64,000 nt of DNA. It comes from Monocercomonoides exilis PA203. Taxonomy: Eukaryota > Protista > Preaxostyla. Position 1 is the first letter of the stretch, and the number at the start of each line of letters is the position of its first letter. Positions 51,112 through 64,000 of this stretch are shown piece after piece. Under the pieces are notes generated by a model. The model was not told where the DNA came from. It did not search any database and saw nothing but the letters and a program-made list of their open reading frames with translations. Location: contig LSRY02000013.1 of the NCBI GenBank assembly GCA_001643675.2, positions 1,550,001 through 1,614,000 on the forward strand, in the 5' to 3' direction. The translations under genes were made by a program, and so were the position numbers.

Positions 51112-54100
51112 TCACAAAAATTTGAACAATTATTTATTCTATTATTTAGTATATTTTGTGTTTGATTTCCAATTATGTTCTTTGAAGGATTTGACTTGAA
51201 ACATTCATTGTTTTTTCTTTTCCTTTCGTCTCTTGATCGCGACTCCTAATATGCTATTCTTGATTCACCTTCAGAGTTTTTCGGTGAAAAGACAGAGCGA
51301 AAAATTTCCTTCCCTCGTTTTTCGTAAAACAAATACGTTTTCAAAGACTGAACTTCCATTTTCTTCCATAGTATGATATTGCTTGGAATATATCTGAAAT
51401 TGAAAATAAAAAAAATGAACAAAATGAATCTCCAAGAAAAGAAAACAAACTTTAAAAAGTATCTTCTTAAAGAATTTGATAATTCATTCAAATTTGTAAC
51501 TGGAGACATTCCATTTTGAGAATATTTCTGAAAAAACTCAATCAAGTCATCAATATTATTCAACTCTGTTTCACAGTCAATGTTGTCGTTGATACACCTT
51601 GTCAAATAACCGAATTCTCCGTCGCATTCACATTTTCCGTGTTTCTCACAAAAGAATGAAAGTGTGCAATGCTTTCAACGTGCAAAGCGAGAAGAATCAG
51701 ATAAGAGATAATGGAGAAGATAAGAATTTCGAAAGTGTGTTCCAGTGTCACACATAAAATGAAAAGTCATTCTTTGTTGCAGAAAACTCAATCTCAACAC
51801 GTTATCGAGACAGTCGATTACAAAACGATAATCGTGTGACATCACGTTTGACAAAAAATTGAAAACATGCTTTTCTATCTTATTTTCTTTATTTCTCAGA
51901 TAGACAATGATGCACAGATGAGACACCTCCTGTTTGTTGAAGAAGTCCTTGCTGATGCTGTTTTGCTTAATGGGCACATTCCAGTTTTCTTTAAAGTCAA
52001 ACAAAAGCAACGCTTCATCTTTCGATATGTTATTTTTCAAAAGACGAAAGTAAGATTGTTGATTGGATGCAATTATCTTATGATTCTCAATTAACGACAT
52101 AATGACATTTTCATTTGCATCAAGTTGCTTACCTTGTGTGATTAGATATTCCTTCCTCTTTTGAAGCGATTCATATCTCTGACAAAGATCACAGAGATCA
52201 GAACGCCTTTTGGCACGCTTTTAGTGAGTCGTTTTTTTGTAGAATGTGCTGAGAGACATTTTTATGTTCAACTCTTTAAGTTTTTCATACAGTTTTGTTT
52301 TTGGCATGGAAATAAGCCTGGTTGGTTGCTTGTGCACAGTTGTATCTCGCTTCGAACTTGCTTGATCACAAGATTTCAACGGATGAGAAAAACAAAATTC
52401 TTTATGTTGATTACAATGAGAAGTTGGACTCATATTTCTTTGAGTTGTTTGATTAGATGATTTACAAAAGGAGTTGGAAATGATAGATTTTGCGTGTTGT
52501 TTTTCATTTTTTGATACAGATAATGAGTTGGAAAATGATTGTGTTGTATCATCTATTGATCTTGAATGATGTGAAATGGAGTTTTTTTCTGATTCAATGA
52601 ATGAATTTGATGAAGTGTTTGTATTGAAATACTGTGAAGTGAAGTTAGAAGTGTTTGGAATGTTGGAAATAAATTCAACAGATGTGCTTTGTTGATTATT
52701 CTGTTGAAACGAAGAAGAGGGGAGCACTTGTGAAGTGAAAGCATTTGAGATTGTTGTTAAAGTTTTCTCAGATGAATTATGTTGAGGAAGAATAAATGTG
52801 TTGTTCGTTAGTGTTGGGGAAAATGGAATTTCAACAGATTCCCGCTCATAATTGTTCACTTGAGCATAGACAGAAAGAATTGGCTCGTTTCCACAACTTG
52901 CTTGTTCATTAATGATTGTTTGAATGTTGTTGCGAACATGTGACACGTATGAATCGTTGCAATAAATCCAACCAAAACTTTGATTTGAAGATGAATAACT
53001 TAACAATTTGTGATGTTTGCATAAGCAAAAGAAATGCCCATTTTCATTGTTCTCAGTGTGAAAAAGCAAAGCTATAAGTGAATAATTGTGAGCTCATTCA
53101 ACATGCTTTTTTAAGGCGTTGATTTCTCCATTTTCTTTTACAAAGCTAATATTTTCGTCAACACAAAAATTCGCGCCATGAATTCCTGTTTCTTTTTCCA
53201 GAGAAATGGCTAAAAATTTGGGAAAAGAAAGAATTTGTAAATTAGAAAAATGATTTGTTGTTTGTTTGCAATTTGAGCAAAATGCTTCCTTGTTGTTTGA
53301 ATTCGAAAATCCAATTGTGAATGATTCATTAAATGATTGAACAATGTTGCTTCCATTTAGCCTAATAATCGGTGTTGATTCCAAAGCGCCAATTGTTTTG
53401 GTACCACAACAACAGCAAATTCTTGGGAATGGAATGTTCATGTTCATCAAGTTATTTAATTCTGGCAGCACGCAGATTAAATCACTGAACATATATGTAA
53501 ATGTGAGATAAAATTCTTGTTGAGCTCTTTGCTCAAGCCTGTGCCTTTTTTCCCAATTTCTTGCAAAAGGTTCCGTCCACGTCCAATTGTCAAATGATTG
53601 CGTTGATGATGAACTTTTCGATGAGCATAACACAATTGAGCACAATTTTGTATGAAATGAAGACAGTTTTCCTTTTCTTTTTTGAATCTTGCCACAATGA
53701 GTCACAATAACTCTAAATATTTGAATGATAGAGGCAAGGCAACATGTATTTCCATAATTGTGCAGTGATAAATTGTTCAGAATATCTGATAATTGATTAT
53801 TGCAATCATTTTGATTCACCTGATGATCATCAAAATTTGAAGCTGATTCAATAATGGTATTATCGATCTGATTTTCAAATTGGTTGCTTGAAGAATGACA
53901 GTAGTCAGTATCCATTCGAATATCTTCATTTCTCAGATGTGATATATCTTTACTGCTGTCATGACAACGCTCAACATCATCATGCAAACAAATAATTGGT
54001 GTTTGTTCAAAAAGTTCTCCAAACTTCACTCTGCAATGATGTATGAGCCCCTTCGTATTCAACTTCCATGTTATTGTCATTTTCATTTGTAAAGGGGAAA

Positions 54101-54951
54101 ATGTTACTCTCTGAAAATTCATAACTCGAATTTTCTTCAGGAATGAAATAGTTTTTCAGAGGATCATCGTCCTGCTCCATATCCGAATCACTGTTGATGA
54201 TAGTAAAATCGTCATCAAAAGAAACAAAATGATCTTTCTCTGTTTTTAGATTAAAGAAAAGATGTTTTACTTTATCAATTTAGTAATTGAACCAAAAAAA
54301 GAGATAAAAAAAGCAGACTTTTTTTCGAAAAAGAAATACGAGAGATATTTTCCGACGATTCAGTCGAATTTTCCAATAAAAACTTCTGAAAAACCGCTTC
54401 ATCTTCTCTTGATAATTCTAAACATTTATTAATAATTAAAAAGAAAAAGAAATGAAAAACATTTTGAAAAAAAATAAATAGAAACTTTTCTTTGAAGGTT
54501 GAATAGGAGGTTTCTGTGGAGATCCAATTTCAAAGGAGAGATTGCTGCTGTTCTGTTTTGCGTGGTTGTAGTTGCCGGCCGTACAGCTGAATCCAAACTG
54601 CCATAAATGCGAAAGAGAGTATTCACGACACACACTCTTCAATAATGCAACTTTTGTGTGGATGTTTTGTTCGTTGTTGTAAACGCTTGCAATTCTTATT
54701 AAAATGAAGTTGTTTGTATCTGATGAAATTATGTGAATTGTTTGATGATTGATTATGACAAATAATAATAAATATAACAAACCATTAAACATTTTCTGAA
54801 TTCTTGCTGAAATTGCTTTCCCCTTGTTTGTGTGCAACAGCATGAACTCCAGCAGCTCAGACACTTGGTTGGAAGATATTTTTTCCATGTATTGCCAAAC
54901 AGCGGAACACTTCTCGCTTTTTCTTGAAGGAGACAAAATAGAAAACTGCAT
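51112..54951 (-). pseudogene. USP-containing Sola-like DDD transposase, copy 3 (most diverged, disrupted)
   Basis: USP motifs: SLHNYGNTCCLASIIQ, AQQEFYLTF, FCSNC..FPKFLAI, ENGHFFC...WIYCNDSYV. Transposase motifs: KRAKRRSDLCDLC, LFDFKENW, MCDTGTHFRN, FFCEKHGKCECDG. Extra intron near 51450-51395. In-frame TGA/TAA/TAG stops. Confidence 0.8.
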
Positions 54952-56199
54952 TTATCAATGTGATTAATTGTTAAAAAATTATTTTTGTTCACAAAGAAAA
55001 AATGAAGCGATAAAGGTTATCGATCCCATAATCTGAATATATTTCTCCTTTTTTTCACAATGGAAAATTTCATGTGAAAAATGTACTTCAAACAAGCAAA
55101 TTCAATCCATTATTATAATCCCTTCCGTTTTCGTTTCTTTTTCTTTTTGATAATTTTTTTGATTGCTTTTTTATTCAACTTTCGGCTTCTTCTATAAATT
55201 GAAGTTTCCATTTCAAAGACGAAGTGTATGCTGTATTGTCATATTGGAAAAACAAAAGCTTTTAAGAACTTTGAGTATAATTCAAAGAAGTTCGTTGATG
55301 ATTGTGTTGAAGATTTTCAACATCAGAAACTATTTTTGTTCTTGAATTGCTCTGTGGGTTTGAATAGAACTGATGTGAACACTTGACAAAAACAATAAAC
55401 AATGTTACGTGCTGTGCATTTATGTGAATGACGGAAATATTTTACGATCGTGCAAACAATTTTTTGAGTATTCTCTGAGTTTTCATTATTTCGCAAATTT
55501 ACAAATTTTTGTAGAAAATTAACTATGTTCCACTATTTTATTAGGAAAGTTCTTTAATTTCGGAAATTTATTTCTATTCATCGTTAAAATTGATTTTTTC
55601 AAAATCCATATCAAAGAAAAATCTCAATATATATATCATTTTTCAAAACTTTTTTTGAAGTGTGTTCAAACAGAAAAGTTCTTCTTTTGAAGATTGAAAT
55701 ATTCTCTATATTTGTTTTGACATTGATTTATTCAGGTCATCTTGAAAGTTTGTTCTTTACAAAATGGAAAATTCCTTGAAGTGTGAAAAAGAAAGCTAAT
55801 GTGTCAACACATCTGTTAGAATCAGAATCAATAACAATAATAATAATACCATCCTGCTTTTTGATATCTTTTTTTTCCCTACCCCAAATGAAGATTTTTC
55901 ATCTCATTCATTCACTCCTGCTATTCTTCTTTCTTTCTTTCTCCTTTTCTTTCTTTTCTTTCTCGTATTTTTCATCTTTCTCTTCCATTTTTCCGTTATC
56001 TTCCTCTCTTCAATGTGACACAAGTACCGCTTCTTCCTTTCTACTTTCTCCTTCTCTTTCTCTTTCTATTTCGACTCCAACGTGAGAAATTCATCCTTCA
56101 TTCGTTCCTTCCATTCCTTCTTCTTCAACATTCAACACAATCTGAAGAAGCATACCAACCTGGTTCTCCATTAAAGATATGAGGAAGCAAAGAGAAGAA

Positions 56200-58400
56200 G
56201 ACGGTGAAAGGTGAAAAGCCATAATACTTATCAACATCATTTCAGCACTTGCAGTTGACAGTTCGGATGTGTCTACGATGAATGCTTTATGCACATTGTC
56301 AGCAGTGATGGACAACATATAGAGGCGGCTGCATATTGTGGTGCCTGAGCCAGCTGAAGTGAATGAAAATCACAGATAGTCGTTACTGAGGGAGCAACAG
56401 ACACTGTGGGGATATGTTGTGGCGCGAAGTGCGGTGCTGTATGGGTGTGTTGTGTGTGCATATGATGTGGTGCTTTCTGCGATGCTTCCAGTTGAGCATG
56501 AAGCGCCACTTCCCTCGCTTGCAGTGTAAGTTGGCACGAAGTAGGAGGAGCAAGCGGATCTTTGCAGCGGCAGATGTGAATGCGTTCCCGTCGATCTACG
56601 ATCTGTTTGACACGTCGCTGCAAATATGGAGATCGCAACAGTAGAGGCGTGCAGATGTGAAGTTGGGGAGATTGATTCGAAGGAGCTGTCAGAGGCGTGG
56701 CTGAGGATGGAGGATGTGGTTCTGTCTCCAGTAGTGATTGCGCTGGCTGTGCTGGAGGAGCGAGAAGAGGCAGAGGAAGGAGAAATGGGAGGCAAAGAGG
56801 GAGAAGAAAAGGGAGAAGAAAATGGAGAAGAAAAGGGAGAAGAAAAGGGAGAAGAAGATGAAGGGAGAGATAGAGGTGATGGGAACGAGGAGAAAGGCAG
56901 GTATCCAACAGCTATCAGAAAGTTTGTGGAGAGAATCGAAGAGATTCAGGGGAAGCTGGAAGAAGCGATGGTACCGCTGGTTGTGGAGGCGCTTGGGCTG
57001 AGTGGGCTGAGGCTTGTGAAGGCTGATGCTGAGGTGGGTGTAAGCAAGCAGCATCCAATGAAACCAGAAGTGTGCAGTTCTTCTCCATCTAATGGCATTC
57101 AACAGGAGAACAGAAGAGCAGCAGAAGAAGGATCAGCAGATGGATCTTTGTGAATAACTTCATATGGAAGTTTAGAGGGGGTGAGAAAAGATGTGGAACA
57201 GATGGAAATGTCTGCGAATGGTTTGGGGATGAATGAGGAACAAAGAGGAAAGGGCAGTTCGATTGATTTGGAAGAAAAAGAGAAAAAACAGATAATAAGG
57301 GATTGGATTAAGACACACACAACAAAGCATTCCCGTATCCTCAAAAGCCAAAGGAACATACAAAAGCAGCTAAAGAGAAGATTAGGAATGAATTATGTGA
57401 CGCATTTGGTTAGACTGAGAAGTTGCTTGAGTCATTTTGTGAGGAAGAAATACTGCCTCTTCTACCCCCTTTGGGAGAACAGAGAAAAGAAGGAGGTGAA
57501 GGAAAGAGAGGAGCAGCAAAGCATCGTTTTCTTGGTTGGAACAATGACATTCGGAATTGTTTGAAAAGAGGGAATATGATGAATGAGCATCATCCTTCAC
57601 CATCATCTGCTTCAAATTCATTGAATGTTAGGAGTCAACCTCATTTTGAGCATCCAAGCAGCAGTGCTTCTGTTTCGATGCAACAAGAAGAATGCAAACA
57701 GATTCCTCTAGTATCATCATCTGTTTCATGTTTTTCTTCACTGCTTTCTTCATCCTCATCTCATTCATCCTCTCAAACAATCCAGCCTCACTCTGCCTTT
57801 GGACTGTATCACATCAATTCCAATTCTTCTTTTTCACCATCTTCTTCTTCTTCTTCTTCTTCTTCTTCTTCTTCTTCTTCTTCTTCCGATTCTTTTATTT
57901 CTTCTTCATCATTTCCTTTCCCACAAACTGCTTATCTTCTACATATCCATTTTCTTCATCATCAACTTCTCCAACTCCTTCAAACCATTTTCACCCACTT
58001 AACATTGGATCAGATCATCGACCTTCTGATATGTTTAAGCTGTACAATCTGCAGCTCCGCAAAACTCAACCGAAAACTGTTTCATTCACAATTCTTCCTC
58101 TCAGCATCCATTCACCACATACGCCATCATATTATGTTTCATTCATTATTCTGATGAGAAAAAAATTCGTCTTTTCATTCAAATCGACTTCTTCTTCTTC
58201 AACTTCTTCAATGAGCAACAAAAATGATACTTTTTTTTTTTCATTTCGTTCAACTTTCATCGAATTCAATGCCAGACCTCATCTATCGTTGCGATTTTGA
58301 AAGATACAAAGAAATACTTATTCAATTAATGAATAACAGCTGAAGTTATATGTCAACGGAAGCGATGTTGTTTTGAATCGAGAAAAGCCGACCACAAAAT
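56200..58400 (+). pseudogene. Possible relic of a large Sec7/BIG-type ArfGEF C-terminal region
   Basis: LLQLLQTIFTHL...LLICLSCT...AKLN and AFPSIYDLFD weakly resemble BIG/Sec7 HDS segments; heavily fragmented. Confidence 0.3.
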
Positions 58401-58932
58401 GCGCAATAAAAAATAGAAATAGAATCTGAATTATTAATTTGGAAGCTGAAAGAATTCACAGAAAACAGAAAGAGCAAGACAGAAGATGTTTTTTGGAACA
58501 AATTATTATATGGTTGATCTTTGAGAGATTTCTCAACGTGATGCGCCTTCATCAAGCCATCGAAGATGAAACAAAGAGAGAAAGCGATTTTGAAGAAATG
58601 GCAAATTTGAAGGGCAATTATATAAGGCAGTTGAGTGAATCGGATACAAGCATGTTGGAATAAGAATAATAAGAGAAACAGATATTTTTGAAGATCTTGC
58701 TGATATGATTGAAGAAATGCATGTTGAAGAGAAGAAATAGATGATATAAAGCAACAAATGGAATTTGCATTTGATGAAAAGGAGAAATTAGATGAGGAAA
58801 TGATGAAGAAATATTTTTATCTGGTCTTTCGTTAAGGATTTTGGAAAAAATAAACTTCAAATGAAAAGAAGATGAAGGCACAAGAAATTTTCTGTGATAT
58901 GGAAAATATTCAAAATTTGAAGATGAAGGAAA

Positions 58933-60801
58933 TTACAAGGATATTAGAAAAAGTTCATCATTTCCATTGATTTTTGTATCAACCGCGCTGAAGGTTAGTG
59001 TTTGAAGAGGAACAAATATTGAAGTGAGGAGGGTGAGGGAGGCGTCTTGGGGATCTGTCATGCGAACAAGAGCGAATTCGATTGTTTTGCATGGACTGAG
59101 TCGTGTGATTCCGCAGAGATCGGTGTTTGTTCCTTTATTTGACACGATTTTGAATGTTGCTTTGAGAAGTAGCCAGCCATTGAACTCCGTATTATCAGCA
59201 GTTCCTGCGTTCCACACTCTTTTTGCTTGGGTTGTTGATCCACATTGATTGAATGGAGATTGGATGATGCTGCTTCCATTGAAGAACACATCATTGCCCC
59301 TTCCATTTTCTGCTGTATTTCCATCGAAAAAACAAAAAGTTATGAATCTTATTTCATTCATCCAAGTGAAGGTTGCATCCAAATAGATTGCAGCACCTCC
59401 ATAATTTGCAGAAGCAGTCAATTCGTTGTTAATAAATTGACAATCATTAACCAAAAATTGATTTGGTTTGTTGTTTGGAGGATATGCAAATGTTAGAGCA
59501 CCAGCAGAATCACCATCAGAATTTGAGATGCACTTGCATTTGGAAAACAGAAATTGAAAATTTGTATAATCATTTCCGAGACCAAAATACCAGCCGGTTC
59601 CACACCAACTTGTTATTTTACAACTTTCCACTCTGTTTTCTGAGAATGTCCAAACAGAATTTGATTGCGGATTCCTTGCGTGAACTGCTCCTCCATGAGC
59701 AGCAGAACAACTCGTGAAATTGGATTTTGTGATATCAATTTTTAACGAACTTTCACAATACAACGCTCCACCATGGCCATTACCTGTGCATGAACAATTG
59801 TTGAATGTACAGGAAGTGATTGTGAGATTTGCATTTGTGCAGTTAACTTTTAGTGCTCCACCCCAATCGCTTCCACCATTTGAATCGTTCCATTCGCACC
59901 ATTCGAAGCGATGGCTGTTCAGATCAAACGAAGTCAATCTTCCAGGTGATTTTCTGTGAGTTTCATTTCCTTCATATACAACAGGGGCATTTGATGAAGA
60001 GCGTGTTTGGTGAAGAAAAGAGGAATTGAAGGCAGAGAGAGAAGTGGATGGGCCATTGAGGTTTGGGAGAATGGCGCCATCGATGGAGTTGTGGGTGTGG
60101 AGGAAGATGGATGAGTGGATGGAGAGAGATGAGTGAAGGGAGAAGGAGGGGATCACATTGATATTGATGACGGTGGGAGTGGAAGTGGTTGTTGTTGAGA
60201 TGAATGAATTGAGTGAGGGAGAAGGAAGGGATGAAAGAGAAAGAGGGGATTGGGGAGAGGAGATGTTGGAGAAGAGGATGTTTGATAGATGGAGATTGAG
60301 GTGGATTTGGAGGTGGGGATGGGATTGGTGATGGATATGGAGAGGGGAAGGGGAAGGGAAAGAGGAAATCGAATGAGAAAGGGAAGGTGAAGAAAAAGAA
60401 GAGGATGAGGATGAGGATGATGATGATAATAGAGAAGAAGAAGGGGAAAGGGAAGGAGATGGAGAAGGGGATGAGGAAGAGAGGGAAGAAGGAGAAAAAA
60501 GGAAGGGCTGGACGAGGGAAACGAACGAGGAGAAAGAGGAGTGGGAGATGGAGAAGGAGGCAGGGATTGGGGAGTGAGTATGTGGGAGGAGATTGTTTGC
60601 GGTGGAGAAGAGGGGGAAGGAGAAGATGGCAGGTTGGTGGGTGGTGAGGGAGAAGTTTGTGAGGGCAAGGGAGGCATGGACAGAGAGGAAGAGGGGGCAG
60701 TGGTGGTGGTGGTTGTTGGTGAGGGAAGGTGTGTGGATGGTGCAAGTGGAGGAGAAGATTGTGGAAGCAAAAAATGCTTTTTTGTGATAAAGAATGCGCA
60801 A
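58933..60801 (-). CDS. Beta-helix (GGA/FxxN) Cys-rich surface/adhesin-like protein, 622-aa ORF, probably 3'-truncated or spliced
   Basis: Ser/Pro-rich N-terminus, repeated GGA(L/V/A) and FxNC motifs, CG...SPCKTIEFAL motif. The start is a non-ATG call. Confidence 0.7.
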   Translation of the reverse strand: MRILYHKKAFFASTIFSSTCTIHTPSLTNNHHHHCPLFLSVHASLALTNFSLTTHQPAIFSFPLFSTANNLLPHTHSPIPASFSISHSSFSSFVSLVQPFLFSPSSLSSSSPSPSPSLSPSSSLLSSSSSSSSSSFSSPSLSHSISSFPSPSPLHIHHQSHPHLQIHLNLHLSNILFSNISSPQSPLSLSSLPSPSLNSFISTTTTSTPTVININVIPSFSLHSSLSIHSSIFLHTHNSIDGAILPNLNGPSTSLSAFNSSFLHQTRSSSNAPVVYEGNETHRKSPGRLTSFDLNSHRFEWCEWNDSNGGSDWGGALKVNCTNANLTITSCTFNNCSCTGNGHGGALYCESSLKIDITKSNFTSCSAAHGGAVHARNPQSNSVWTFSENRVESCKITSWCGTGWYFGLGNDYTNFQFLFSKCKCISNSDGDSAGALTFAYPPNNKPNQFLVNDCQFINNELTASANYGGAAIYLDATFTWMNEIRFITFCFFDGNTAENGRGNDVFFNGSSIIQSPFNQCGSTTQAKRVWNAGTADNTEFNGWLLLKATFKIVSNKGTNTDLCGITRLSPCKTIEFALVRMTDPQDASLTLLTSIFVPLQTLTFSAVDTKINGNDELFLISL

Positions 60802-61656
60802 TCAACAAGAGGGATTACACCGAGGAAGCTTATTCATAAATAGGTGTTGATGAATGTGAAATTTGTTGAAGTACAACATATGCAAGAAAAATTGAACTTG
60901 AACATATCAAACAAATTCTTTTTCTTTCTTTAAATTTCTGTCACTCTTTTTATCTTTCCATAAAATAATATTATTTTTGAAACGACGAATTCACAATTAA
61001 TCTTTGACAAAGCAATTGCTTTTAATGTTTAAATATTGACAATTCTAATAATAACTTTCAATTCATTGCTCATATTTCTTTACTCAACTTTTATTAATTT
61101 TTGTGAAAAACTCATTAAGTTATATTCGTTGTTTTCATATAAATTAATATGAAAAAAGCTGTTTGTGTTAATGCATGTGTTTTTGTTACTATTAGTCGAA
61201 ACTTCGATAAATAACAATTTTTGAGCAACAAAAAAATAGAAAAAGATATCTTTCAATTCATATTTGTTCGTTATATATTGAAATTGCTTAAAAGTAGCAA
61301 AAACATTTGAAAACCATTCTGAAATGTAATTTTTCGAAAAGTTATACAAAATTGCTTAGACTGTTTCCTAAATAGTTTCTTCAAAATAAAAATAATTCAA
61401 TGTGCTCTGATAAAGAAAACTTCTTTGAAAATAGTACATCCTTGTTAAAAAAAACATCAATAATAAATCTTTTCACTGGATAAAAAGCATTATTTATTTT
61501 GTGATCAATAATTATTATTGAAAATTACTAGCACTTTTTATTTTTGTAAATTTTCAGAAAAAATACAGATTTTCATTTTATCATTTTGGTTTTTATTGAT
61601 AAAATATGTTGTTTCGTAATTCTCATGCATCCGAAAAAAAACAATGAAAAATAATT

Positions 61657-61676
61657 ATTTCAAAAATAATCACCCA
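61657..61676 (-). mobile_element. Inverted terminus of the TGGGTGATTATTTTTG family
   Basis: atttcaaaaataatcaccca|ta, a 20-bp inverse of 47225-47244. Confidence 0.65.
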
Positions 61677-61912
61677 TATATTTTGTCATTCTAGAAATTA
61701 TAAACATTTAAAAAAATGGGACAAAATATTTTGATTTATGAATTTTGTTCCATTCTTCTCTTTCAAATATTTATCTCATTTATTGAATTTTTCTATAATT
61801 ATTTGCATTGTAACGGTTGATTAATAATGAAATGATTGCAGAAAAAGTTTGGAACAAATCTCAGTTTTTTTTCATAATTGCAGAAATTTTGTCCCAAATA
61901 ATTTATTAACAC

Positions 61913-64000
61913 AAAAAAATTATGGATATGATCATTATGAAAAAAATATTTTTAAGGTATCCCACGAGGGTCACACCTTGGGTGACATTTTTTTTGCACG
62001 AATCGATTTGTTGTTATGAAGGTGTATGAAATATATCAAAAAAAGGGGTACCAAGGTGTGACCTCTTTTTCGAAAAATGTATCTCAAATTTTCAGATCAA
62101 AAATCTGTGAAAATTTTTTGCTTTTTTGTTCTTTTAAGAACGAGAAAATGTATATTTTCTATTAGTGTTCATACGTTTCATAATTATTAAAACAACAATA
62201 TTCATTAAAAATGATTAAAAAAATGTGTGTTTTGCACTCTTTTCAATTAGAAAAAATTTCCATAACTTTATTTCAAAATGTTCTTTCAACAATTTTTCTC
62301 CACATTGACGTTGTATCGAGGTTTGTTTTTTTGTTAACTTATGAGGAAAACACATGCTTTAAAACAAATCTTTCTTCTAGGAAATCAACATGTGTTCTTT
62401 CTTTGTTTTAAGTGAAAATATTTGTATGATTGATGAGGAAAAGAATAATTGCTAATAAAAAGGCAGAGAAGGAAGTTCGATATTTATTTATTTTTCCATA
62501 TATGAATATTAGCCTGTTGATGTTTTTTGTGTTTCTTTCAGGGCAGCAGGTCAAAAAGAATGAAAATGAATGAAAGCGGGATATCTCATTGTGCAGGCTG
62601 ACCATCGAGTTGGGAGAGCGAATTCATACGAAAAGTGCACAGGGTGAAGGGATTGGGAAGGGAATTGGAGTTATATTTTCAGACGGAAAAACAGGATATT
62701 TTTCAATGATGAGGGTGGAATTGAGCAAAATGCATAAATTTCACATTTTTCAGAAGGAAGGGAAATCAATGCATTTGAAGCTAAAATGACTTCTGGAAAG
62801 GATGGTTGGCAAATCAGATGATGAAACACTTGAAAAAGGAAGGAATAAAAAAATTTAATTGGAGGAAAACAGGTGCCTAGGGGGAAAAAGTTGGAAAATA
62901 CTTATAGAAATGGTAAGAAGGTTTGTTGTCGTAATATTTTTGAAGTAATTATTAATTTTTTCATTCAGGATGTTGAAACAGCGAGGGATTAGCTGGCTTT
63001 GAAGAAGAAAAAAGAAAAAGTTTGGGGAAAAAAATAAAGACAGACAGATGAAATTCAAGATATTTCGAAGATTCCCGGCATTGGGCTTTGGCGAAGAATT
63101 AGTTTTTGAGTAAAGGTGATTTTTTGTGAAAGAAGGGGAAGTGAAAAATTGAAAGAAATGGAATGAAAAAGAGATTGACATTTGCTTTGTATTTTTTGTT
63201 GGAGAGGGTGGATGATTGAGCTGAAAGTGAAAAGGATTCTGAGGTTTCTTTTCGGCTGAAGAAGACAAAATCCTGAAGAAGAGAATTTTGTTGAATTTCT
63301 TAGTTGATAATAATATGCATTCATCTTCTTAATTTTTAGCAATTAATCATTTCATGACATTCATTCATCATCTTTTTCTTCTTCATAATCAAATATTTCA
63401 ACATCATATCATACAGTATCTTCTTCTGTTTTCTCTTTCTCTTCCTCATCATTTTCATCCTCCTAATCCTTCTCTTTCATTTCATACACCTTTCATTCAC
63501 CGCCTCCTCTCAACCAACAGATCTTCCCTTGTTCCTTCTTCATTGGCTCTTCAATTCTCTTCTCTTTCTCCATCTTTCCCTTCTCTCTCTTCTCTCTCTC
63601 ACATCCCTTCTCTCCCTCATTCTTTTCTCACTCAACAGCTTCTTTCTCAGTCAACTTCACCTGATCTTTCTCCTTATCCTCCGCCTCTTTTTGATGAATA
63701 CAACGAATTTTCAAACATTTACACAAGAAAACTTCAATTGAGGCAGAACAGACTGAGATGGGGGCAGAAAAACAAGCAGATGTCGAACAAAGAGCAGAGG
63801 AAGCTGGCTATTTTCACTGGAATGTATGAGAATGGGAATGATGGGAAAGATGGAAAAGGAAAAAGAGGAAATGTTGTGAGAGGAATGACAGGAATAACAG
63901 CGATGAGGGAGAGAGAGAAGGAGAAATGGAAAGAAGAACTGAAAGAGAGAGAAAAAGGAAAAGGAAAAGAGAAAGATAAAAAAGAGAAATTTCCTGGTTT
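61913..64000. repeat. Arm 2 of the inverted duplication (runs off the window)
   Basis: Reverse complement of 39459-41544. Confidence 0.93.

Overview
AT-rich, low-complexity eukaryotic DNA with short GT-AG introns. The GAA/TCT microsatellite style and the gene families suggest an oxymonad/metamonad protist such as Monocercomonoides (inference). The window is a nest of transposons and gene relics. Main result: three highly diverged copies (22.3-26.4 kb -, 42.3-46.2 kb +, 51.1-55.0 kb -) of an intron-containing gene in which a ubiquitin-specific protease (USP/peptidase C19) domain with Cys and His boxes sits inside a Sola-like DDD transposase. Each copy is followed on the sense strand by a related sequence that, in copies 2 and 3, folds into the same multi-stem, pseudoknotted RNA-like structure. 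Other mobile elements: a 14.1-kb hAT-like unit (21-bp TIRs, perfect 8-bp TSD) carrying copy 1 and a NOP4/RBM28 pseudogene; a 6.2-kb foldback element with long TIRs into which an intact pogo DD35D transposon has inserted; an adjacent Tc1-like DD34E transposase with a +1 frameshift; and a TA-flanked MITE family. Also present are a >=2.1-kb inverted duplication, mosaic paralogues of a beta-helix (GGA/FxxN-type) surface protein, and relics of a transmembrane kinase-like gene and a possible Sec7-type ArfGEF. No rRNA, tRNA or CRISPR array was recognised.
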